19,588 nt of DNA, taken from NCBI RefSeq assembly GCF_035285525.1, contig NZ_JAYKGW010000253.1, positions 1-19,588 on the forward strand, written 5' to 3'. This document shows positions 8,554 through 15,977 of the stretch, one piece after another (within the stretch, counting starts at the first letter, position 1; the number at the start of each line of letters is the position of its first letter). Position numbers and translations under genes: made by a program. The stretch comes from Okeania sp. (GTDB taxonomy: Bacteria; Cyanobacteriota; Cyanobacteriia; Cyanobacteriales; Microcoleaceae). The notes below the pieces were generated by a model. The model was not told the origin of the DNA and did no database searches. It was given only the letters and a program-made list of their open reading frames with translations.

Positions 8554-8815
8554 AATTAGGGTTTGCTGATTAAATATAGGAACATTGACAGATAAAAGTT
8601 TTGGTATTTTTACGTCAAAAAAAGTACCATATTTTTGCCTGACAAGGCACGGTTCCTGAAAAATAAAAAAGTTAGTATTTGGGCAAGATTTAGCCAGAAA
8701 AATTATCCCTTGATTTTTCTGATTACCTACTCTATAAATTCCTATTCCTTTAGACTCTTAACGACTCCCTATTCTCTGCCAATCACAAAAAGGCTTGATT
8801 CGGCAAACCCTAATT
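8554..8815 (-). mobile_element. MITE-like element, copy A (262 bp), inverted relative to copies B and C
   Basis: Terminal inverted repeats AATTAGGGTTTGCTGA (8554-8569) and TCGGCAAACCCTAATT (8800-8815) are 15/16 complementary. The interior aligns along its length with the reverse complement of 12808-13065 and 15975-16431. Confidence 0.65.
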
Positions 8816-8861
8816 ACATATTCTGTTGATTCCCTAACCTATTTTCCCTTCCCTATTTCCT

Positions 8862-9306
8862 AAAAACTTTTTAATTTTGTACACGAATCAATATGAATCA
8901 CTTTTTCCTATTGCCTCTATACCTCTTTTCTGAAGAAGTCTACTCCCTACTCCCTATTCCCGAAAAACTTTTTAATTTTGTACACAAATGAATCAATATG
9001 AATCACTTTTTCCTATTGCCTCTATACCTCTTTTCTGAAGAATTATACTCCCTACTCCCTATTCCCTACTCCCGAAAAACTTTTTAATTTTGTACACGAA
9101 TGAATCAATATGAATCACTTTTTCCTATTGCCTCTATACCTCTTTTCTGAAGAATTATACTCCCTACTCCCTATTCCCTACTCCCGAAAAACTTTTTAAT
9201 TTTGTACACGAATCAATCAATATGAATCACTTTTTCCTATTGCCTCCATACCTCTTTTCTGAAGAATTATACTCCCTACTCCCTACTCCCTATTCCCTAC
9301 TCCCTA
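8862..9306. repeat. Four tandem units (101, 112, 112, 120 bp) ending 14 nt before the ATG of the 9321 gene
   Basis: Each unit starts AAAAACTTTTTAATTTTGTACAC at 8862, 8963, 9075 and 9187. Units 2 and 3 are nearly identical. Each unit ends in a run of TCCCTAC/TCCCTAT heptamers of variable length. Confidence 0.9.
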
Positions 9307-9320
9307 ACTCAATATAAATT

Positions 9321-10331
9321 ATGCTAAAAACTTTATTTTATTGGCACAAAAAATTTCCAGTATGGAAACAAATATCAGTTTTTTCTAGTGCTACTTTAGT
9401 CAGTTTAAACTTTTGGATAACTCCAGTAATAGGAGACCCATTTCGTCAAGAAAATCAAATTGAAATAGGAGAAAAAACTGAAGCAGCTTTTCAGGCTATG
9501 TTTGAAAAAGGAGATTATAAACAAGCACAAAATTATTTAAAAATGGCTGAATCTGAAGATATGGATGAGCCTCTGGTTTATGCCATGATATCTTCTTTAT
9601 ATTACCTGGATGAAAATTGGGAATTACTAAAGTTATATGCTGAAAAAACTATTGAAGCAGGAGAAAATTTAATAGAAATTAATCCTGTTCGTGGTAATAT
9701 TTACGCTGCAACTGGTCACTTTCTAGAAGGTGGTTATATTGTATCTACTGAAGGTCCGTTAAAAGGAGCGCCAAAAGCTTTAGAAAAACTTCAAGAAGTT
9801 TTTAGTCATTTTGAGGCAGCAGAAAGAATAAATTCATCAGACCCAGAATTGAATTTGCTGAAAGGATATATGGATTTAATGTTAGCAGTAAATTTACCAT
9901 TTTTTGACCCTGCTAAAGCCATAGAAACATTAGAGGAAAAGGCTTATCCTGAGCATTTAGTTTACCGGGGGTTAGCTTTAGCTTATCGAGATTTAGATGA
10001 TCTGAAAAATGCTTTGGAATATATAGATAAAACTATATCAAAAGTTCCTGAAAATCCAGAGGTACGGTACCTAAAAGCACAAATTTTAGTGTCTCAAGCT
10101 AAGGATAAAAATAACGATTTATCTCTGAGAAAAAAAGCTAGGAAACATTTTAATATAGCTTTGGCAAAGTCAAACCAAATGCCAAGACGTTTGGTAGCAC
10201 AAATATTTTTTGAACACTGTAAAAATCTTAATAATATAGATCAAGGAAAACGACCTTGCGACCCGATGCGAGATGAAATTAGAGATGGTTTAGGCACATG
10301 GGGACCCTCAGAATTACCTGTTATTAATTAA
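9321..10331 (+). CDS. Signal-anchored or secreted alpha-helical TPR-like repeat protein (conserved hypothetical)
   Basis: 336-aa ORF. It has a hydrophobic N-terminal segment (ISVFSSATLVSLNFWITPVIG) followed by helical repeat-like sequence (e.g. YRGLALAYRDLDDLKNALEYIDKTISKVPENPEVRYLKAQIL). No family assignment is possible without a search. Confidence 0.6.
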   Translation: MLKTLFYWHKKFPVWKQISVFSSATLVSLNFWITPVIGDPFRQENQIEIGEKTEAAFQAMFEKGDYKQAQNYLKMAESEDMDEPLVYAMISSLYYLDENWELLKLYAEKTIEAGENLIEINPVRGNIYAATGHFLEGGYIVSTEGPLKGAPKALEKLQEVFSHFEAAERINSSDPELNLLKGYMDLMLAVNLPFFDPAKAIETLEEKAYPEHLVYRGLALAYRDLDDLKNALEYIDKTISKVPENPEVRYLKAQILVSQAKDKNNDLSLRKKARKHFNIALAKSNQMPRRLVAQIFFEHCKNLNNIDQGKRPCDPMRDEIRDGLGTWGPSELPVIN

Positions 10332-10848
10332 TTTATTAGTTATAGCAACTCCCATACTTGTGAGGTATAAAATTCTGAGTTGTAGGGAACACTTAACTGG
10401 GAAAAGGGAATAGAGAATAGGATAAAAATAGAAATAGATTTACCTTACGATTCTGGAAAATGCTATATCATTACCTCTGGTTTGAAAGAAGGAATTATCA
10501 GCAATTTTCGGCATTTTGTAACCATTCAGATATCAGCTATTAGCTTTGATTTATTAACTTATTATCACACTAAAAAAGGAATTAACCTCATAACGATAAA
10601 GTAAAAATAATAAATAAAATTAGTCATCAACTAACCTTAGAATTGTTTGATTCTTGAAAAAATCTAAATGCTGTTGGCGGAGCATTCCGTAGGAAATACT
10701 AATAGCTGCATGCTTACGTCATTTTAAATAACTTTAGCAGTTCTATAATATTAATTGTTATAGAATATTCATTAACGGTTTGGTACAGCTATAACAAGCA
10801 AAATGTCTGTGCTAAAAAAATCTATTTTGCATAACTACTTAAATATTT

Positions 10849-11301
10849 ATGGAAGTACAATTTCGCGAATTTAATCCTTTTGATGTCTGGATTTGGTTAG
10901 AGTTTAATACTATTCCTTCTCTGGCAGAAAAACATTACATAGAAGAATTATTTGATTCTTGGTTTTTATTGGGAAAATTGGGTGGGTTTAATTCTGAAAA
11001 TTTACAAGTTCAAGAAGCAGGAGTCGAGATTAGTTATATGGAATATAGTCAGGAAATGGCAGGTCAAAGTATGATGGCTGTTATGCACAATATGGGAGAT
11101 TTGGAATATGAAGGTTTATGGGGTCGTTGTTGGTTTGATTTAGGAACTAGCGATGCTTTAGCTATTGATATTTTGGTGAATAGTTTTCAACAGTTAAGTG
11201 CAGAATTAGTGACAATAGAAAAATTGATTATTGGTGGTCAAAATCAAGATTGGCCTGTACCAGAAAATAGGTATGAAGATGGTTTTTATGATGATAATTA
11301 A
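10849..11301 (+). CDS. Conserved cyanobacterial/plastid-lineage protein, DUF3531-like
   Basis: 150-aa ORF. FREFNPFDVWIWLEF...SWFLLGKLGGFNSENLQV...GRCWFDLGTSD resembles what I recall of the DUF3531 family. The name is unverified. Confidence 0.55.
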   Translation: MEVQFREFNPFDVWIWLEFNTIPSLAEKHYIEELFDSWFLLGKLGGFNSENLQVQEAGVEISYMEYSQEMAGQSMMAVMHNMGDLEYEGLWGRCWFDLGTSDALAIDILVNSFQQLSAELVTIEKLIIGGQNQDWPVPENRYEDGFYDDN

Positions 11302-11502
11302 GTAATACCTTTTCACGGAGTTCAAAAGTAAAAAGTAAGATTTCATAGCTCAAAACTTTGATTATTCAATAACTTAAGTAAATTATTCGACATCTAAAGT
11401 TTGAAACTATTTGTAACTTTCTTTTTTCAAATTGGTATAATCAGGCTTTCCATAAGCAAACTGTAATTATTAAAGAATATTTTGATTAGGAGGATAATTA
11501 AA

Positions 11503-11841
11503 ATGGAGATTAATATTCTTGATATTGTGGCAGAGGTAAAAGGATTATTTGAGCAATATGAAATTGCTTTGATGAGTAATAATGTTAATGTTTTAGATGA
11601 ATTATTTTGGCATACTCTTCACACTATCCGTTATGGAGTTAATGAAAATCTTTATGGATATGAGGCAATATCAGCTTTTAGAAAAGTTCGTGGAACAGTT
11701 AATTTAGAACGAGTTTTAATGAATACTGTTATTACAAGTTATGGTCAAGATTTTGCCACAGTAAATACTGAATTTCAACGTCAAGAAACTGGCAAGATGG
11801 GTAGGCAAAGTCAAACTTCGATGCGTACTTCTTTTGGTTAG
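11503..11841 (+). CDS. AtzH-like / HpxZ-like (DUF3225, SnoaL-fold) protein, C-terminally truncated by a TAG at the conserved Trp position
   Basis: The likely start is ATG 11503, preceded by AGGAGG at 11488-11493; the track ORF starts at TTG 11482. Sequence EINILDIVAEVKGLFEQYEIALMSNNVNVLDELFWHT..IRYGVNENLYGYEAISAFR...GRQSQTSMRTSFG*. The same frame continues RVVSAHVSFL* to 11874, the expected family ending (G-W-R-V-V-x-A-H-V-S). Confidence 0.7.
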   Translation: MEINILDIVAEVKGLFEQYEIALMSNNVNVLDELFWHTLHTIRYGVNENLYGYEAISAFRKVRGTVNLERVLMNTVITSYGQDFATVNTEFQRQETGKMGRQSQTSMRTSFG

Positions 11842-11953
11842 CGAGTTGTGAGCGCTCATGTTTCTTTCTTATAAAGAAGAAGGAAGAAGGAGGAAGGAAA
11901 AAGGTGGAAGAAACAAAGGGGAAAATTTGCTTGAGATAGGTGGTTTTTAAAAG

Positions 11954-12532
11954 ATGAATCAAAATTTACAATATCAAAAAACTTTGGCAAATAATAAACT
12001 TCAAAATCATACTGAATTAAGTGTGGTAAAAAACGATGGATTAGAATCTGAAAAAGATGAACAAGATGATGTTAATGCTATTAATAAATTGGCAGAAAAT
12101 TATTATAATCAAGGAAATTTTATGGAAGCGATCGCTCTGTGTCAGCAAGCTCTAAAAAAACAAGCAAATTTTGCTCCAGTTTATAAAACTTTGGGAAATA
12201 TTCTCCAAGCACAAAATAAAATAGATGCTGCTATTCGTGCTTATTCATTGGCAATAAAAATTAATCCTAATTTTTTTGAAGCTATTGTCAATTTGGGAAG
12301 TATGTTTTACAAAAAAGGGCAAATTGATACGGCAATGATTAATTACAGAAAAGCGATTAAAATTAAACCTGATTTAGCAGTAGCTTATTGGAATTTAAGC
12401 AAAGTTTTAGAAGAAGAGGGTAGATTTTATGAAGCATTTTATTTGCAAGAAAAAGCTTTACAAATTCAACCAAGTTTAATTGATAATTATCAAGATAGTA
12501 ATTTTAAAAAGTGGAATAGTCTAGAAAGTTAA
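11954..12532 (+). CDS. Tetratricopeptide (TPR) repeat protein
   Basis: 192-aa ORF with four consecutive 34-residue TPR units (AENYYNQGNFMEAIALCQQALKKQANFAPV..., AIKINPNFFEAIVNLGSMFYKKGQIDTAMINYRKAIKIKPDLAVAYWNL...). Confidence 0.85.
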   Translation: MNQNLQYQKTLANNKLQNHTELSVVKNDGLESEKDEQDDVNAINKLAENYYNQGNFMEAIALCQQALKKQANFAPVYKTLGNILQAQNKIDAAIRAYSLAIKINPNFFEAIVNLGSMFYKKGQIDTAMINYRKAIKIKPDLAVAYWNLSKVLEEEGRFYEAFYLQEKALQIQPSLIDNYQDSNFKKWNSLES

Positions 12533-12807
12533 AAGAAGAAGGAAGAAGAAAAAAGGAAAGAAAGTTGATTAGTTTATGGTAGAATCAAGTTAAGGATTTT
12601 TTTTATTTATATAATCTGAAGAGCTACTATATATAGTTCCATCTCTTATGAGTTTTAGTCTTAGCTAAACTATATTGTGCTTTATCATTTTTCTTCTTTC
12701 CTGTTTAATGAAAAAAAAATTAGTTTGGTCAAATTACTTTAATTATTACTTCGTTCTGACTTCCTGCTTAATAAGAAAAAATTAGTTTTGCTAAATCTCT
12801 TTAAATT

Positions 12808-13065
12808 AAATAGGGTTTACTGAAAAGTCTTTTTGCTATTTTTAGGGAGTAGGGAGTAGGGAGTAGTTAAGAGTCAGGAATAATAAGAGTTATAGAGGAA
12901 TTAGTTGGCAGAATTGTCTCTTAATTTTTCTGTCCTACTGAGTCTTTTGTCCTAACTTTTTTCATATTCTTGACCTCAAAGCTGGTACTTTTTTCCAACA
13001 AAACAAACAAGTTGCTAAAAACTTTATCTATCAATGCTTTCATATTTATTCAGCCAGTCCTAAAT
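12808..13065 (+). mobile_element. MITE-like element, copy B (258 bp)
   Basis: Ends AAATAGGGTTTACTGA (12808-12823) and TCAGCCAGTCCTAAAT (13050-13065) are diverged versions of the family inverted repeats. The interior is colinear with copy C. Two further TIR-like motifs (AAATTAGTTTGGTCAAA near 12717, AAATTAGTTTTGCTAAA near 12778) sit in a 58-nt direct repeat just upstream. Confidence 0.6.
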
Positions 13066-13111
13066 ATTCCTTCTTACTTCTTCCTTCTTTTTTTTCTTAT
13101 TTCTGCTTTTT

Positions 13112-13167
13112 TTACTTCTGCCTTCTTACTTCTGCCTTCTTACTTCTGCCTTCTTACTTCTTCCTTC
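13112..13167. repeat. 4 x 14-nt tandem repeat TTACTTCTGCCTTC (last unit has 1 mismatch), 18 nt upstream of the ATG at 13185
   Basis: Units at 13112, 13126, 13140 and 13154, embedded in a longer pyrimidine-rich CTTCTTCC-type tract (13075-13180). Confidence 0.85.
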
Positions 13168-13184
13168 CTTCTTACTTACTTAAT

Positions 13185-13466
13185 ATGAAATCAGAAGAAC
13201 AACAACATCCCCAATACAATAAAGATAGACAAATAGTTGATACTTTATTAACAGAAAAAGATACTGCTTACAACTTAGCAGAATTAGCAAGATTAAAAAT
13301 TCGTTATCGAGGTTTTCCTGGAGCAAAAGATATTCAGGAAGACTTAGAAAAAGTATTAACAAAGTGGGAACTTACTGAAGAAAAGCTCTTTGAAAAAACT
13401 CGTGAAATTCATCGGAAAGGTCAACCATATAAACAGAAAAATACTGACCAAGAAGATTGGCTTTAA
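13185..13466 (+). CDS. Conserved cyanobacterial protein, DUF3288-like
   Basis: 93-aa ORF. HPQYNKDRQIVDTLL...YNLAELARLKIRYRGFPGAKDIQEDLEKVLTKWELTEEKLFEKTREIH...EDW matches my recollection of the DUF3288 family. Unverified. Confidence 0.6.
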   Translation: MKSEEQQHPQYNKDRQIVDTLLTEKDTAYNLAELARLKIRYRGFPGAKDIQEDLEKVLTKWELTEEKLFEKTREIHRKGQPYKQKNTDQEDWL

Positions 13467-13643
13467 GTCATTTTAGTTATCAGTTATCAGTTATCAGCTT
13501 TAAATATGCTAATCCTAACAGTATTTTTATTTTAGTAGACCACAAAGTAGGGAAGTTGCATAGAATTTCTCTACAAAGTTATCATTTTTTTAATCTGATT
13601 AATTGACTGGAAAACTGCTATAAATAGATTGTAATTTTTTATC

Positions 13644-13697
13644 GTAGAGATTTGGTCTCCAAATCCTTGTTTTGCTTCAATTTGGAGGCTAAACTAC
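13644..13697. repeat. GTAG...CTAC hairpin element (family H)
   Basis: GTAGAGATTTGGTCTCCAAATCC - 11-nt loop region - CAATTTGGAGGCTAAACTAC, between the convergent DUF3288-like and HslV-like genes. It is followed by 4.5 CTACTCC/CTATTCC heptamers (13694-13725). Confidence 0.75.
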
Positions 13698-13725
13698 TCC
13701 CTATTCCCTGCTCCCTACTCCCTAC

Positions 13726-14247
13726 TTAACTATTAACATTAAGCTGTTTAGTAATAATATTAATTGGAGGAGAACAATAAACACATAATTCATTAGCAAT
13801 TTCTACAGCTTCTTGAGGATTTTTATCTAAATACATTGCTGTTAAAGCAAAATGTTCTCCAGCTCCAATCGCTGCAAATTCATTAATTTTTTCGACTAAA
13901 TAACTATCGCAAACACGGAAAATTTCTCCCTCTATTCCTATTAAATAATCATTTCTCTTGGAAAAAGAATCATCCTTAGATTTAGCCCAAGAATAAAACT
14001 CAACAATGAAATCTAAAACACCTTCTACAGTTGGTGCTGCTGGTTTATGATTTCTGGCAAAAATTTGCATAAAACTTAATTCCATAATTAAACCAACACC
14101 ACCAATAACTAAACCATTTATTTCAAAAAGTTTGCCTTGTTCATCTCCAGTAACACGATAATTTTCTTTTAAATGACCGCATACTCGAATACTATCCGAG
14201 GCAAACATTAAGCGATCTGAATATTTTTTGGCTGCAACAACACTCAT
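13726..14247 (-). CDS. HslV/CodW-like (proteasome beta-type, Ntn-hydrolase fold) protein with Ser at the nucleophile position
   Basis: 173-aa ORF, the size of HslV. MS-VVAAKKYSDRLMFASDS parallels HslV T-TIVSVRRNGHVVIAGDGQ. GKLFEINGLVIGGVG parallels KVRRLYNDKVIAGFAG. EFAAIGAGEHFALTAMYL...AVEIANELCVYCSPPINI parallels LIAIGSGGPYAQAAARAL...[22 protein letters not shown]. The assignment rests on this by-eye alignment only. Confidence 0.5.
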   Translation of the reverse strand: MSVVAAKKYSDRLMFASDSIRVCGHLKENYRVTGDEQGKLFEINGLVIGGVGLIMELSFMQIFARNHKPAAPTVEGVLDFIVEFYSWAKSKDDSFSKRNDYLIGIEGEIFRVCDSYLVEKINEFAAIGAGEHFALTAMYLDKNPQEAVEIANELCVYCSPPINIITKQLNVNS

Positions 14248-14371
14248 AATATTTAATCAAATTTACTCAAATTAATCTATGCTATATTAACAGAAGTATG
14301 CTGATTCAGCAATTAACAATTAATAATTACCTCTCCCTAAAAGGGAGTAGTAAACAATTAATAATTCAATA

Positions 14372-14402
14372 ATTACAGCACTTCCCGTTGTTATGAGGTA
14401 CA
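14372..14402 (+). repeat. 31-nt repeat ATTACAGCACTT-N11-GAGGTACA, copy 1
   Basis: It is inverted relative to 15533-15563 (12/12 plus 8/8 flank matches with equal spacing) and to 15931-15977. It sits at the edge of a locally GC-rich stretch (14380-14430) containing a CCCGT...ACGGG hairpin. Confidence 0.6.
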
Positions 14403-14550
14403 CCCCCATACGGGCTTTCCGGTCCGCACTACAATATTCTCACAATTTACCTTGTACATCATTTGCTCGAAATACGCTGTGTTTAATTATTCATTATTCA
14501 AGGGAGGCTTCAAGGCCCGAATTATTTAATTATTAATTATTAATTATTGC

Positions 14551-15272
14551 CTATTTTTTGCGATCAACATGAAACTTTTGACTCTCATCAACACTAACAA
14601 AATTAAATCCAGCTTGTTCCATAATTTCTTCTTTTTTCCACTCCTTAATATAATTAAAATTTAGTGTTTGTTGAACTAATATTTATCCATCTTTCTTAAA
14701 AAAATAAGTTTTCTCAATGGATTCAATTTCATCATTTTCTGCAATTTTTTCTATCTCCTGAAAATCAACAATTCCTGTCGGGAGATTTTTTTGATAACTT
14801 TGATGTTCTCCCTGAATATTCAACAAAAATAACTCACCTTGACGCAGATGTTTAGCAACATTAATTAATCCCTTAATATCCTCATCAATATCCTTAGCAT
14901 GATTTCTTAAGTCAGAGCGATCGCCTCTTTTGCTTATTACCCAAACTCCTCTATTTGAAACAGCAATATCAAAAGTTTTTTTTGGAGGTTCATATCATAG
15001 ATATCTGTCTCTAATAATTTTCCCTATTCTCCTAATCTTTTTCTGGCAATATTGAGCATTGATGAACTAATATCTACTCCTATAAATTCAGCTTCGGGAG
15101 CAAGTGTCAATGTTCCTACACCCAATTCTAATATTTTTTTCTGACCATCTTTCATCAAAGAATAGACTTGATTAGCCATTCTTTGATAATCATAATTTTC
15201 TTGAGTCATCAAAAGATCGTAATAGTCGGTAAAACTGTCGTAATAATCGGCGACATTAGTATATTTATTCAT
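14551..15272 (-). pseudogene. Class I SAM-dependent methyltransferase pseudogene (TAG, frameshift in an A8 run, TAA, probable motif I deletion)
   Basis: The ORF 15024..15272 ends ...ILELGVGTLTLAPEAEFIGVDISSSMLNIARKRLGE*(TAG 15024-15026). The reading continues GKLLETDIYDMNLQKK. It then needs a +1 shift in the T8/A8 run 14976-14983 to give TFDIAVSNRGVWVISKRGDRSDLRNHAKDIDEDIKGLINVAKHLRQGELFLLNIQGEH...KKDG*(TAA 14683-14685)ILVQQ...EIMEQAGFNFVSVDESQKFHVDRKK*(14551-14553). Confidence 0.75.
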
Positions 15273-15532
15273 AGTTAAAAGTTCATCTTTAGATAAATAG
15301 ATTATAAGTATTAAGTTATTAGTTATCAGTTAGCCTTCTGGGTCGTAACTGCGCAATTCAGCAATAAAAACCTCAAGCTTAAGAAGAAGATTGAAACGAA
15401 TATAGACATGAAAACTGGCTTTTATAGTAATTCTTCATTCTCAAATGAAAAAGCTTTTATCACAAACTAAAAGTAATAGCCGATAGCTGATAGCTCACGG
15501 CTGAATGCTTACAAAAGATATTAGTCTTGGAC

Positions 15533-15563
15533 TGTACCTCACCATCCTTAAAAGTGCTGTAAT
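15533..15563 (-). repeat. 31-nt repeat, copy 2 (TGTACCTC-N11-AAGTGCTGTAAT)
   Basis: It is the inverted partner of 14372-14402. Together they bracket the methyltransferase pseudogene. Homology with copy 3 extends about 14 nt further left (from about 15519). Confidence 0.6.
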
Positions 15564-15930
15564 ATAATTATTACTAATTAAATTATGTTTTGATATTGTT
15601 TTTCTAAATTTAATTAGTTTCGTTTTTTCCAGATTGTAACAAAATATTTCACGAGCTTGCGTTATTTCAGAGATTTGGTATCATAATTTGTACATAAGGT
15701 ATTGTGCCAATGTTGTGTCTAAAGCAGAGAAAAAATTAATCTTTAAAGCTCTACAACCAACTATTTTCGTTAATTACACTTCAAATTTAACAATTTTGAG
15801 CGTTAGAAAATAAGCTCAAAAAAACAAAATTCAGGCAAGTACAAATATTCAATAAATTTTCTAATTTGACAAAATAATGGATATAAGGTATATGGCTAAG
15901 ATACTTAATATCTAAATGTTTAGGGGAAAG

Positions 15931-15977
15931 ACATTAGTCCTGAACTGTGCCTCACCATCCTCATGGATTGCTGTAAT
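15931..15977 (-). repeat. Same repeat, copy 3 (ACATTAGTCCTGAACTGTGCCTCACCATCCTCATGGATTGCTGTAAT)
   Basis: Same orientation as copy 2. It abuts and overlaps by 3 nt the left terminal repeat of MITE copy C. Confidence 0.6.

Noticed and set aside
8635-8829. ORFs lying in MITE-like copies (8635..8829, 12970..13188, 16215..16409, 15912..16187, 15977..16195)
   Set aside because: The nucleotide homology between element copies is not frame-preserving. The products are low-complexity and differ between copies. These are by-products of repeat sequence.
8862-9306. Possible CRISPR array, because of the regularly spaced repeats
   Set aside because: The whole unit of about 112 bp repeats, with no unique spacers between short direct repeats. 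The period is far larger than CRISPR repeat-spacer units, and no cas genes are present.
11732-11962. Minus-strand ORFs 11732..11962 and 13180..13362, and plus-strand ORF 17582..17770
   Set aside because: They overlap better-supported genes on the opposite strand or run through purine/pyrimidine-rich repeats, and their composition is low-complexity.
13644-13697. Family-H hairpin between the convergent genes as a bidirectional intrinsic terminator
   Set aside because: Unlike the 16494-16558 copy, no U-tract follows the stem on either strand, so terminator function cannot be supported from sequence.
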